A stretch of 63,794 nt of DNA, the filler included, from Reticulomyxa filosa (Eukaryota; Protista; Foraminifera): assembly GCA_000512085.1 (NCBI GenBank). It is 17 parts of 17 records of this genome, joined end to end, with 100 filler letters (N's around TTAATTAATTAA, not from the genome) between each part and the next. Parts side by side here need not be neighbours in the genome. Positions count along the whole stretch, not along the records: positions 24,055 to 26,686 come from ASPP01001669.1; positions 26,787 to 32,788 come from ASPP01002396.1; positions 32,889 to 40,648 come from ASPP01026509.1; 14 more parts are not named here. One strand, given 5' to 3'. The notes beneath the pieces are model-generated. The model saw nothing but the letters and a program-made list of their open reading frames with translations. It made no database searches and was not told where the DNA came from. The position numbers and the translations under genes are program-made. Shown one piece after another: positions 25,091-34,886 of the stretch (position 1 is its first letter; each line of letters starts with the position of its first letter).

Positions 25091-26554
25091 TGTTATACAA
25101 AATTGTAGTTTTTTATTTTTTTTTAAATAATTTCTTAGTACTGTTTTTAGAAAAAGGTGTAGACGTAGTGGTAATTTTGAAAACGAAATAAATTATAAAT
25201 TATCAATCTGAAAAATCAAAAAATTACATATTTCTAGAGTATAAATGTAAGATTGAATTGTAAATGCGATCATGAAAATGTTGTCTCATTAATTTAAACA
25301 ACAAAGAATTTTAACAAGAAAAATAATAAAAAATCAATCGTTATTATGATTGCAATAAGTGAACAAAGCAATTAAAATGATTATATACTAAGAATTTTAT
25401 ATAATTGTTCAAATGAGAATTGATAATTTTTAAGATAATATTTTTTTTATCTAGACACAAATAAGTCTAAAATGAAATTTTTTTGACTTGATATTTTCAG
25501 AATGATATATTGCTTCTCTTAAATAAAGTATATAAAGTTCTAAGAAACTCTGTTTTAAAAACAAAATCCATTGCATTTATAAATATTTTATGAAATTTTG
25601 CTTATAAATAATTCTATCAAAAGTATGACAAACCACCTCTTAAAGTGTAAGTTAGGAATTGAGTGTTTATGATAAAGTGTCTCAAATAAGCTCATGTTCT
25701 CTTACTTGCAAGTACTTTAAGCATTAAAGAGGAAAGATTTCAACTTCAAAAGTATCAAGAAAAATGCATAAGTTTTTTTTTTTGAAGTTGGTGTAAATTT
25801 TCTTATCTTCAAACAATCACTAAAACAACATTTAGATTTAATTTAATATTATATTTTAGAGAAATATTTCAATAAAAAAATTTTATTTATTTTTTTTCAC
25901 ACTATTTAGCAATAAATTACATTGTTCTTTTTTTAAAAAAAGGAGCAAAAATAGTTGCAAAAAGTAGCGAATTGTTTTTTTTTTTGCAAAAAATACCAAA
26001 AAAATACAAATTGTGAAATAACTGACTCATTTATATGTGCAATCAACACAGTAGCTACAGGATTAATGTGCATGTGTTTAACACTGAACGTGTGCACAGT
26101 CAGTCTAATTATGATCATCGTCACCACTCACACTATTATTACTGGTCCATTCGTGTCCGCTTTTAAATTTTGAAAAGAACAATGCAAAAATTGAGAATAT
26201 TTTGTGCTGATTTAGCAAGTGTAACCAGATTTCCAATCAGATATAAAAAGTGAACAAATAAGCTTAAAAAAAAATTCCAGAGCTTAGACAAAGTTTTATT
26301 TTTTTGTAAATTTGCTATATGTAAATTGCAATATATGTTATATAAATAATAGTATACTATTTATCTCTTTTTTGTAAGTCTCGCACAATTTTGAAGGCAA
26401 TTAAAACTCTTGGAGTCAAAAATTTGGCGTGATTGAAATTAAATATTATTTACATCATTTATGAAACAATCTCAATTATATACTTTATGAACAGAAAGTG
26501 CTTTTATTTTTAGGGATAAAGTCGCTCATTTTCCACTAGCTTTTTTTTGCATAA

Positions 26555-26640
26555 TACAGTAAGATAAAAAAGAAAGTTGACACCTAAAATGCCATCTTAT
26601 AGAGATGATTGTGTTTATCCATGAAAAAACAACATTCAAA
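26555..26640 (+). repeat. Tc1-like terminal sequence (TA|CAGT...GTTGACACCTAAAA), dispersed copy
   Basis: Clearly similar to the reverse complement of 63500-63582; begins TA-CAGT like Tc1/mariner ends. Confidence 0.65.
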
Positions 26641-26890
26641 ATTTTATTCTTTCATTTGATTTGGTAAAATTTCTTAAAAAAAGTTTNNNNNNNNNNNNNN
26701 NNNNNNNNNNNNNNNNNNNNNNNNNNNNNNTTAATTAATTAANNNNNNNNNNNNNNNNNNNNNNNNNNNNNNNNNNNNNNNNNNNNTCTACGATGAATAG
26801 ATAGTGAGCATTGCTCAATTTTCCATTAAGTTATAAAATATCATTTTTTTGTATTACGTGTGTGTAATTTTTTTTTTTTGGCTGTGATTG

Positions 26891-26961
26891 CTAGTATCTG
26901 GTTCAGATGATAAAATCATTCGATTGTGGGATGCATCATCTGGAAAACAAATTCAATCTTT
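26891..26961 (+). pseudogene. WD40 repeat fragment interrupted by the retrotransposon 3' end
   Basis: LVSGSDDKIIRLWDASSGKQIQS runs directly into the (TCAT)3 tail of the element. Confidence 0.75.
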
Positions 26962-27089
26962 TCATTCATTCATTTTAAATTAAACGAAAACAAAAGCACT
27001 TGCTGGGCAGAAAAACTGTTTAAACGAAATTAAGACGATACTCTTACAATTTAGTTTTAAATTACTACAGTAAATGTTACAATAGTTAT

Positions 27090-30000
27090 TTATATAAAAA
27101 TTTTTTGCAAGATATTACATCTTCTTTTTAATTCAGTAATTGTTAGTTTTCCATTGCATATTAATGGACTTTCTCGTTCATCGTCGCTACTCCTCGTGCT
27201 GTCAAAGATTTTTTGTGTTTCTATACATTCTAGTAGTACATGGTGTACTGGTTTTTCCCAACTTTCTTCACACCATTTGCAACTTTCTATTATTAATCTC
27301 CTTCCCTGTGCTGAGGTCCTTTTCCAACAAATATTGATATTATTTGTTATTATTTTAAATAAATATCCATTTTGTTCCTCTTTGTCTAGCAGCTTCTTAT
27401 ATATTTTAGGATATATTTCGTGAGGTTCTTGAAATGTATCTACAATATCTATGCAAATTTGCATGTGATCGTTATTTCGTATGTCATTTTTGTCTTTTTG
27501 GAAATGATAGTCATAGATTTGCGTTCTTAGGATGTGTTTCCATGTAAATAGGTTTTCTGGGAGATAATCCGGGTTCCAAAATTGTTGAAGTTGATATTTG
27601 TTCAGTGCTATCCATACATCGCTGTTGTAAGTGTTGGTTATTCCTTGGTTTGTCTCTTGATTGATCTGGTCTAATTTTGCATTAATGTGCTCATGTTCTT
27701 TACCTACAAGCTGTCCCACTATTAAATCTTTCTTGTCTTTTATGAATGTATAATATCCACTAAGCAGTAAGAAGTCGTATCTCGCTTCAATTGGTGGGAT
27801 TCCAAGTAGTAGACGAAGTGCTGATCGTTTGGCGCTGTAGTGGGTATGTGTTATCTTTGTTAGTATACGATGTTGCAAAATTTCTAGCTTGTTTGTCAAT
27901 GTCTTGTTCAGCTTGGTTACTCGTGCGCCGTATTCTATCATTGGACGTATCATTTGTGTGTAATACCGTAGCTGTAAGTCAATGGATAGTACTCCTCCAA
28001 TTATACTTCGTTCCACACTTTTTTGTGTGATCACATTTACTTTCTCACATATTGCAGCGACATGTTCTTTCCAGCATAGTTTTTTGAGATCAATGAGCAT
28101 CCCCAGATATTTGATTTTATCAACAACGTTACTTATCTCGACATTATCTATATCTGTCTGCTTGTCTTTGTTCATTACAGATAGTGTGCATTTGTTTTTA
28201 TTTATTTTTATTCCACATTGTCTACAATAATCGCGTATACGTTGTATTTTCATGTTGATATCATCTTTACTGTGGCCCACAAACAAAATATCATCCGCAT
28301 ATAATAGGCAAGATATTGGGATGCCGTGTACTGTCATTGGATTATTTATTTGCCTTATTTGTTCAATTAGGTCGTTGATGTATATATTGAAGAATGTTGC
28401 ACTAGTTGCAAAACCTTGGCCTGTTCCTCTTCCAATCGCAATTTCGTTGCTGCATAGACCGTTGCTTTCCACTATAACCTTGCTTTCTTCCAAGATATGT
28501 TTTATTAGGCAGAATGTCTTTCCCTTAATGCCACTTTCATATAGTTTGGTGAGTAGTCCCGGGATCCATACATTGTCAAATGCCTTTTGTAAATCTATGG
28601 TACATATAAATGCTTCCCTTTTGTTTATATATTTTTGGTATGCCAGTATTATTCGTAGACTTATGATTTGATCTTCCGTGCTACGACCTTCGCGAAAACC
28701 TCCTTGTTCGGGATAGATTTGTTTTTCGATTGTTGTAGCACATCGTGTTAGGATTAGTTTATCGATTATGGACACACAAGACGATTTAATTCGTATGCCT
28801 CTCATTGAGTTGCAATCGTATGGTATTTTCATCTTTGGTAATGAAGTCATTTTGGATAATAACAGTTTTGATGGTAATTGTTGATATTTTATTGATATGG
28901 TATTAATTAGTAGCGTTAGTATACGCAAGTTATGCTCCGCCAGGTTCTTCCACAGTTCGTTGGGGATGCAATCCAGGAAGACAGCTTTGTTATTTTTCAT
29001 CGATTTCACTGTATTATACACTTCGTCTTCTCCAAATGCTGCATTCCAAGTTGTATCATCTTCCTTCCTTGCTTGTTCTTCGTATTGCGCAAGCCTTGAT
29101 AGATTCAGTGCTTGTTGTTCTTCTGGTATGTCGTCGTGTTTCTGAAGCAGCGTTTTGTAGTGATCTGTTAGCAGCCTACACTTTCCTTCTTCGGTATGGA
29201 TTGGCACCCCTTTTACGTCATGTAGTGGATGGCAAGGTTTCTCATCCAGTTTCGACAACAATTCATATACGTGTTTGTCATTATCATTTCGGAAGGCATT
29301 CTGTATTTTGTTAAGAGCAATACATACTTGTTGTTGTATGTGTTCTTTCTTTAGTTCGTTGTATTTCTGTATTAGGCTGTTGAATCTTGTTTGATCAATA
29401 TTTTTAATATCTTGTAGTGATGTGTTAATTGCTTGTAATATATTGTTTAAGTTTGTGGGCAAGTTGCAGTGATGATTTCCATTTGCTCGGGTGACGCGAT
29501 ACGTATATGCATTACAGTCAAATATCGTTTCGTATAACCAGTACATAAATGTGTCATATATTTTTGCTGTTTTGTCGATGTTGCTGTATTGAGTGTTGTT
29601 GTCAATTTCGCATATTAAATCATATAATTTTACTTGCTTGCATTGTTCGGCAAATTGTATGGCCACTTTTTGTAGTATGTCTTTGTCTTTCGATATGTAG
29701 AACCGCCCTAGTTGATAGTTATTGCTAGTTGTGTGATCATCGACGTGTTTCTTTGGTATAGAGAATGTGACTTTTATTGGGAGATGGTCGGACTCGACGT
29801 ATTCGTCAATTACTGACATTGACAGATTTATGTCAGAGTTATCCCAGAATTCGTTTTCCTTCACTAACGCATAGTCAAGTATTGTTCCTATTTTTTTGTC
29901 TGACAATATCCTGTAGTACGTATATTTCTTATATGCATACTTTATATTTAAAATTTTGAGTGAATAGGCCTCACATAAAGATAGCAGTCTCTTGCCGTTG

Positions 30001-30617
30001 TCGTTGGTCAGTAAGTCTCCGGTACATTCTGTTCTTCCGTTGAAGTCTCCCATTATGAGTATTCGATATCCAATGTTGTCCAGTAATTCAATGCGTTCAC
30101 CAATATCTTTATATATATTGTCAATTCGGCTCTCATAGTAATGTTGGTATGGTGGCACATATGCAAATATCACCGCTATCTTTTCTTTGTTCATCAAGAC
30201 AATCATCAAATTATCCGTTGATAATGGACATACTATTGTATTTTGATTATGCGTATCGCTTATGGTCACCGACATCCCATTGCATATCCAATTATGATTG
30301 TTTTTCTCCATTACTTTGTAGTATCCAGGTTTAAAGATTGTTTTGGCTCGTGGTAATAATGTGTAAGAATCCATAGTTTTAGTTTTTAGTTCACAGCATC
30401 CAAGTATGTCTTTGAAGTGGTTGTTATAAAAATTCATGAAAGCTGCATTTCGTTGTATTTTGGCCTCCAGTCCTCCTCGCATATTAAGAAATATAATTGA
30501 ATATTGTTCGTCCTTATTTGTGATGTATCTTTTACTTAGCAACTGTGTCGGCTTTGTACTTTTTTTATTTTCTATATTTATTAATGGTTGTATAAATGGC
30601 GTAGCAGATAATGGCAT
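27090..30617 (-). CDS. LINE ORF2: AP-endonuclease + reverse transcriptase + C-terminal CCHC-type zinc finger (1175 aa from first ATG)
   Basis: APE: IFLNMRG, CCELKT, IMGDFNGR, LDYAL, SDHLPI. RT: QGGFREGRSTEDQI, DLQKAFDNV, GTGQG..SATFFNIYINDL, YADD, KYLG. C-terminal CKWC-x8-HVLLEC. No RNase H seen. Confidence 0.97.
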   Translation of the reverse strand: MPLSATPFIQPLINIENKKSTKPTQLLSKRYITNKDEQYSIIFLNMRGGLEAKIQRNAAFMNFYNNHFKDILGCCELKTKTMDSYTLLPRAKTIFKPGYYKVMEKNNHNWICNGMSVTISDTHNQNTIVCPLSTDNLMIVLMNKEKIAVIFAYVPPYQHYYESRIDNIYKDIGERIELLDNIGYRILIMGDFNGRTECTGDLLTNDNGKRLLSLCEAYSLKILNIKYAYKKYTYYRILSDKKIGTILDYALVKENEFWDNSDINLSMSVIDEYVESDHLPIKVTFSIPKKHVDDHTTSNNYQLGRFYISKDKDILQKVAIQFAEQCKQVKLYDLICEIDNNTQYSNIDKTAKIYDTFMYWLYETIFDCNAYTYRVTRANGNHHCNLPTNLNNILQAINTSLQDIKNIDQTRFNSLIQKYNELKKEHIQQQVCIALNKIQNAFRNDNDKHVYELLSKLDEKPCHPLHDVKGVPIHTEEGKCRLLTDHYKTLLQKHDDIPEEQQALNLSRLAQYEEQARKEDDTTWNAAFGEDEVYNTVKSMKNNKAVFLDCIPNELWKNLAEHNLRILTLLINTISIKYQQLPSKLLLSKMTSLPKMKIPYDCNSMRGIRIKSSCVSIIDKLILTRCATTIEKQIYPEQGGFREGRSTEDQIISLRIILAYQKYINKREAFICTIDLQKAFDNVWIPGLLTKLYESGIKGKTFCLIKHILEESKVIVESNGLCSNEIAIGRGTGQGFATSATFFNIYINDLIEQIRQINNPMTVHGIPISCLLYADDILFVGHSKDDINMKIQRIRDYCRQCGIKINKNKCTLSVMNKDKQTDIDNVEISNVVDKIKYLGMLIDLKKLCWKEHVAAICEKVNVITQKSVERSIIGGVLSIDLQLRYYTQMIRPMIEYGARVTKLNKTLTNKLEILQHRILTKITHTHYSAKRSALRLLLGIPPIEARYDFLLLSGYYTFIKDKKDLIVGQLVGKEHEHINAKLDQINQETNQGITNTYNSDVWIALNKYQLQQFWNPDYLPENLFTWKHILRTQIYDYHFQKDKNDIRNNDHMQICIDIVDTFQEPHEIYPKIYKKLLDKEEQNGYLFKIITNNINICWKRTSAQGRRLIIESCKWCEESWEKPVHHVLLECIETQKIFDSTRSSDDERESPLICNGKLTITELKRRCNILQKIFI

Positions 30618-30724
30618 GTCTTGGCAGATTAGTCGTGATTTAAATATATTGCTTGTTGTGTAGTCATTAGATAAAGTAGATATATTAAATAAGTTAAATA
30701 AATGAGATTGTACATCATTTAGAT

Positions 30725-30750
30725 TTGAGGAGTAGCGACTACATCCTCAA
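30725..30750 (-). promoter_or_regulatory. Hairpin overlapping the ORF1 UGA stop (candidate recoding/reinitiation signal)
   Basis: Element strand UUGAGGA-U-GUAG-UCG-CUAC-UCCUCAA: 7-bp + 4-bp stems, 1-nt bulge, 3-nt loop. The UGA (30749-30747) is in the 5' arm. Confidence 0.6.
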
Positions 30751-32723
30751 TTATCGTATACATCCATGAGTTCTCGCATATTAATAATGTCCGGTGTATG
30801 TTTGTGTGATGGACTTTTTCTTATATATGAAAAGTTATTACTGCTGTTGTGTTGTGTGTTTGTATGACTATTATCTTTAGGTATCCATTTCATTTGTTGA
30901 TTGACATTCATGTAGTACCGTGGTCCATTATTGCGTCTACCGTGGTACCATGGTTCATTATTACGTCTCCGGTAGTGCCATGGTTCATTATTGAATCTCC
31001 GGTAGTGTGGTCTATCTCGACTAGTAATCCTTTGATGTTGTTGTCTGAAGTAATGTGGTATTCGATTGTAGGTTCTTCGTTGATAATTATTATTATACAG
31101 ATATATATTTGGCTGTCTATAATAATTCCTCATTCGGTCGTTATACCTATTTTCTTGTGTTTGTTGCTTTCTTGGATTATTCCGATAGCCTGAGCTTCTG
31201 CGGTTGTGAATAGCACTGTTTCGTCCTTTTAGGAGTTTTTCATTTTCGTTTCTGTTTCTTCCATTTCTGTATGGTGTGCGCTTTTGTAGTTTGTCAGGGT
31301 TAAAGTATTCTACTCTGCTTATGTCTCTAGGTCGTGTGGAAGGTATCCATTTTATTATTTGCTTCTTCACTACTTGTGCTATATATGCATCAGCACAGTC
31401 CAAAACAAAAAATATCTTTTGTCCCGGCGATGCTTGTCCAATTGTTTGGATCTCCTTGATTTGTTCCGTTGATACATCTCCAGATTTGAGTAAATTGTAC
31501 ATCGCCACTGCATTTTGATATTTCCATAGACCTTTCCCGAATAATATTAATTTGTTAGTCATCTGATTGCGTGCATTGTGGTTACCATTGTTTGTATTTC
31601 GCTGTTGATTTATTAAGTTCTGTATGTCTTCTTCCTTTTGTTTCAGCTTTAGAAAAAGCTCTTCTCTTTCTTGTTTTAAACTTTGGATCACCAGTTCACG
31701 TGTTCTGATATCTTCATTTAGCTCTTCAATCCTTTTATTATAATCGTTTGCAACTCCCTGTTGCGGAGCGAGATTTTCGAATTGGTTTGACAAATTCTTT
31801 GGCGATAACTGTATTCCTGTTGCTTTTTGAGTCGGAGAAATTTTAACTTTCGTTCTCATTCTTTTTTTGGAGTGAAATATGTTGTTGTTGATTTCCGATT
31901 GTTGGGATTCTCCATGACAGTAATCTTCATCTTCGTTCAGAGTCTCCTCATCGATTCCATTCTTAGGTGTAATTTGTGATCGTTTCCTCTTTCTTGTGCG
32001 TTTTCCGGTAGTGTTCGCCGGAGTTTCAAATTGTTTTTCTTTTTCAGCCTTGCTCACGTCATCTTCGTCGTTTTGTTTCTTCGATGTTGATATGTTGTCT
32101 TCATCGATTGCGTTTTGTAGTTTTTCTTTTATCGTTATTTTCTCACACGGATTTTTGTTCCTTTGTCGTTTGTGGTCGACTTCGATTCCTTGTTTATGTA
32201 ATTCCGCCCATCTTTTGTTTTTTATATTGTCTTTTATCCAATCCCAATTCCAATTTGTGAAGTCCAATCGGAGTTGTGCTTCAACTCTTCCGGTTAGGAT
32301 CTTCGGCTCGATGTTTATTATCGTGCTTGTTTTGCCTCCGCATTGTTTCTTTATGCTATTGTTGTCCTGAAATTTCCACATATGATTCGCAATTTTGTCA
32401 AACGCTTCCTGGTTATACTCACAATAAGGGCAACGAAATCCTGGGCGTTCAGCTGTTAAAACTCTAAGTTTCTGGTGCGGGTAAGTATGACTTATTTGAT
32501 CAGTCTTGTTTTCCGTTTCCGTTTCCGTTTTTTGTGATTCCTCGTTACTTGCATTTTCGCAGTTTTGACTTTGTTTCGGATTGCTCTGTGTATTTTGGGC
32601 TTTTTCGTCTGAGTTTGGAGCCTGTTCGAAGTTATAAGGGGCATTTCCGTTCTCTGAAGAGTTTTTGTCAGAATGTTGCGAGTTCATCGAATACCAGTCT
32701 TCAGGTTTATTAGTTTCCATCAT
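30747..32723 (-). CDS. LINE ORF1: zinc-finger-like motif, basic NLS-like tracts, coiled coil, R/N/Y-rich basic C-terminus
   Basis: CPYC...IANH(M)W motif; KRTRKRKR; heptads YNKRIEELNEDIRTRELVIQSLKQEREELFLKLKQKEEDIQNL. Lies directly upstream of ORF2; first ATG at 32723. Confidence 0.88.
   Translation of the reverse strand: MMETNKPEDWYSMNSQHSDKNSSENGNAPYNFEQAPNSDEKAQNTQSNPKQSQNCENASNEESQKTETETENKTDQISHTYPHQKLRVLTAERPGFRCPYCEYNQEAFDKIANHMWKFQDNNSIKKQCGGKTSTIINIEPKILTGRVEAQLRLDFTNWNWDWIKDNIKNKRWAELHKQGIEVDHKRQRNKNPCEKITIKEKLQNAIDEDNISTSKKQNDEDDVSKAEKEKQFETPANTTGKRTRKRKRSQITPKNGIDEETLNEDEDYCHGESQQSEINNNIFHSKKRMRTKVKISPTQKATGIQLSPKNLSNQFENLAPQQGVANDYNKRIEELNEDIRTRELVIQSLKQEREELFLKLKQKEEDIQNLINQQRNTNNGNHNARNQMTNKLILFGKGLWKYQNAVAMYNLLKSGDVSTEQIKEIQTIGQASPGQKIFFVLDCADAYIAQVVKKQIIKWIPSTRPRDISRVEYFNPDKLQKRTPYRNGRNRNENEKLLKGRNSAIHNRRSSGYRNNPRKQQTQENRYNDRMRNYYRQPNIYLYNNNYQRRTYNRIPHYFRQQHQRITSRDRPHYRRFNNEPWHYRRRNNEPWYHGRRNNGPRYYMNVNQQMKWIPKDNSHTNTQHNSSNNFSYIRKSPSHKHTPDIINMRELMDVYDN
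30912..31010 (-). repeat. 30-nt coding tandem repeat (~3 copies) in ORF1
   Basis: HYRRFNNEPW / HYRRRNNEPW / YHGRRNNGPR. Confidence 0.8.
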
Positions 32724-33329
32724 GCGAGTTGTTCCACTTAGCAATGTACAACACTAACAATCTACTTGTTAATCTTTATTTTACCATTNNNNNNNNNNNN
32801 NNNNNNNNNNNNNNNNNNNNNNNNNNNNNNNNTTAATTAATTAANNNNNNNNNNNNNNNNNNNNNNNNNNNNNNNNNNNNNNNNNNNNGCAGAAATGAGA
32901 CATACTGAATTAATCTTGTCCACATTGACAATGGAAAGTTTGACAGTGATTGTGCAAAAACTTTGGTTTTCAATAGAAAGAAAAACGCAAGTGATAGAGA
33001 AAGTGGCAGCGAAGATGGTCAACGTTTAAATGTACAATTAAAACCAAAAATACGCCAAAAATATTTTATTAAGAACATCTAATTTCTCTCAATTCAATAA
33101 TTGGAAATATGAATTACACAATTAAAGATAAACTTATGAATGAAAAGGAACAAGTTCTCACTCTTGTCGTTATTATCTGTTAAATGTTTAAATGCAATGA
33201 TCAAATATCCTTGATCCAATACTATTAGAATATTTTAAATAGTTCTATTCCTCAATTATCTTGTAACAATCCAACTAGATATCTAAATTGAATAAAGCAA
33301 TAATTGTTTTATAATTTTGAAGTGAAGAT

Positions 33330-33520
33330 AGAAAAAACGAGATATCTGTATCTGAGTTGTTCATTAATCAAAATAAAACATACTTGTTATGATCATTTGA
33401 TTCAACCAAATAATAAGCAGCAAACCATTCTTGAAAATTCAATGTTTTCATCAATGCATCTGCTTGGATAATTGTGATAATTATTTTTAATGTTTTAAAA
33501 AATATGTGTGATCATATGTT
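33330..33520 (-). pseudogene. Decayed NACHT/NLR-type NTPase fragment (winged-helix motif)
   Basis: TLNFQEWFAAYYLV matches the NACHT-associated FxHLTFQExFAAxYL motif; surrounding frames are disrupted. Confidence 0.45.
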
Positions 33521-33859
33521 TGAATATCTTATTTTTGAAAATCCAATGATATTGGGATTTCTTAGATTATCTAAATACAAACATGTTGCATTTAGACTTA
33601 TTATAACACAGAATTATTTGTTTTTTTGGTATAAAGTTTCAAACTAATAATCCTTTGTGTGAATATTTGTCAATAGTTTAATAATAAACACAAATATCAA
33701 CAGAAGTAGCAAAATAAGCAAATATTTCATCCAAACAATGATATTTTAATGGAACAATCTACAGTATTTTATAAAGAACTATTATTTGAAAATTAGATTT
33801 TGTTCATACAAGAATCGCACATTATAAAACATATAAATTTTCAATTTGAAAAATAAAGT

Positions 33860-34480
33860 TTTTATTCAACAAAATGTATATAATTTAATTGGAAAAATAT
33901 ACTCAATATCACTGCTTTGTATCAAAGTCAGAAAATAGATAATGACAAGAAATGATGAAAACGAATTAAAAAAATAAAAAAAATAATCAAATGCTGTTAT
34001 TTTGTTATGATACAGTATTATCAATTGAATATGATGAAAATAAAAATACTTTTGAATTTGATAAAATACCTGTTTATAATGATATTGCATCATTCAATTA
34101 TTGTGCATATGTATCAATGACATTACTTTGTTATTTGATGGATGTAATGGTAATATTTTTCCATCAATTATCTCAAAATCAGTGCACAAGTATTCAGTTC
34201 GAGAAAGCAATGGATAACATTTCAAGACACTTTACATAGTCCATTGAGAGATTGTATTGCAATATTGAGTGAAAAAGATAATTATATTCACACTATTGGA
34301 GGATAAGATAATAAAGAGCATCAACTCACATGAAGACTAGAGTGACCATTCATAGTGGTATATTTGTCTATTTATTTTGATGAAACAAAAATAAATTGTA
34401 TTTGATGAAGATGATTGACAAATAAATAATAGGCAAAAAATGAAATAAAAATTATTATGCAATATTGGATTCGAATTTTA
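33860..34480 (+). pseudogene. Kelch/galactose-oxidase beta-propeller pseudogene (tandem partial copy of the downstream gene)
   Basis: MLLFCYDTVLSIEYDENKNTFEF...HKYSVRE..WITFQDTL..IHTIGG*, with several stops and frameshifts. Confidence 0.8.
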
Positions 34481-34886
34481 AAGTAAAAATAAAAGTTAAA
34501 ATATTTAAAAAATTCAAAAAAAAATTACAACAAAACAAAATCAGCTAAAAATACAAAATTTTGATTGTCATCTGAACGCACGTTGAAACGGAACAATTAA
34601 ACAAGCAAGTGAATTATTAAGCATGATGATGAAGTTACTTCGAATCAAATCCTTTTTTTTATTTTTGAAGATTCAGAAACACTACAAACGGAAAATATTT
34701 TTTTCTTTTCAAAAATAGCACACGTATAACACAAGAACATAGCAATTGTCCATACATAAATATTCTTTTATTTATCATGTAAATTACATTCATATCAAAT
34801 TAACACTTTTTTTACTTTTAAAAGGACACTTTTTTCCATGCCCTTTCCACTTTCAAAAAATCTAAACCACTTCATAGTTCGTCAAC

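Larger units (their letters stand above)
26960..32788 (-). mobile_element. Non-LTR (LINE) retrotransposon with ORF1, ORF2, ~130-nt 3' UTR and (AATG)n tail; 5' UTR cut by contig end
   Basis: Two long intronless ORFs; APE and RT domains; 3' end ...TTTAAAATGAATGAATGAAA abuts host WD40 sequence. Confidence 0.95.

Noticed and set aside
27090-30617. RT as retron, group II intron, DGR or telomerase
   Set aside because: N-terminal AP-endonuclease, upstream ORF1, C-terminal zinc finger and microsatellite tail identify a non-LTR retrotransposon.
30747-30749. Genome-wide UGA reassignment or selenocysteine as the explanation of the in-frame stop
   Set aside because: Host genes here terminate at TGA and use TGG for Trp. 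No SECIS-like element was recognised in the short 3' UTR (not computationally tested).
27140-32467. Numerous plus-strand ORFs antisense to the LINE ORFs
   Set aside because: Short shadow frames with no recognisable motifs.
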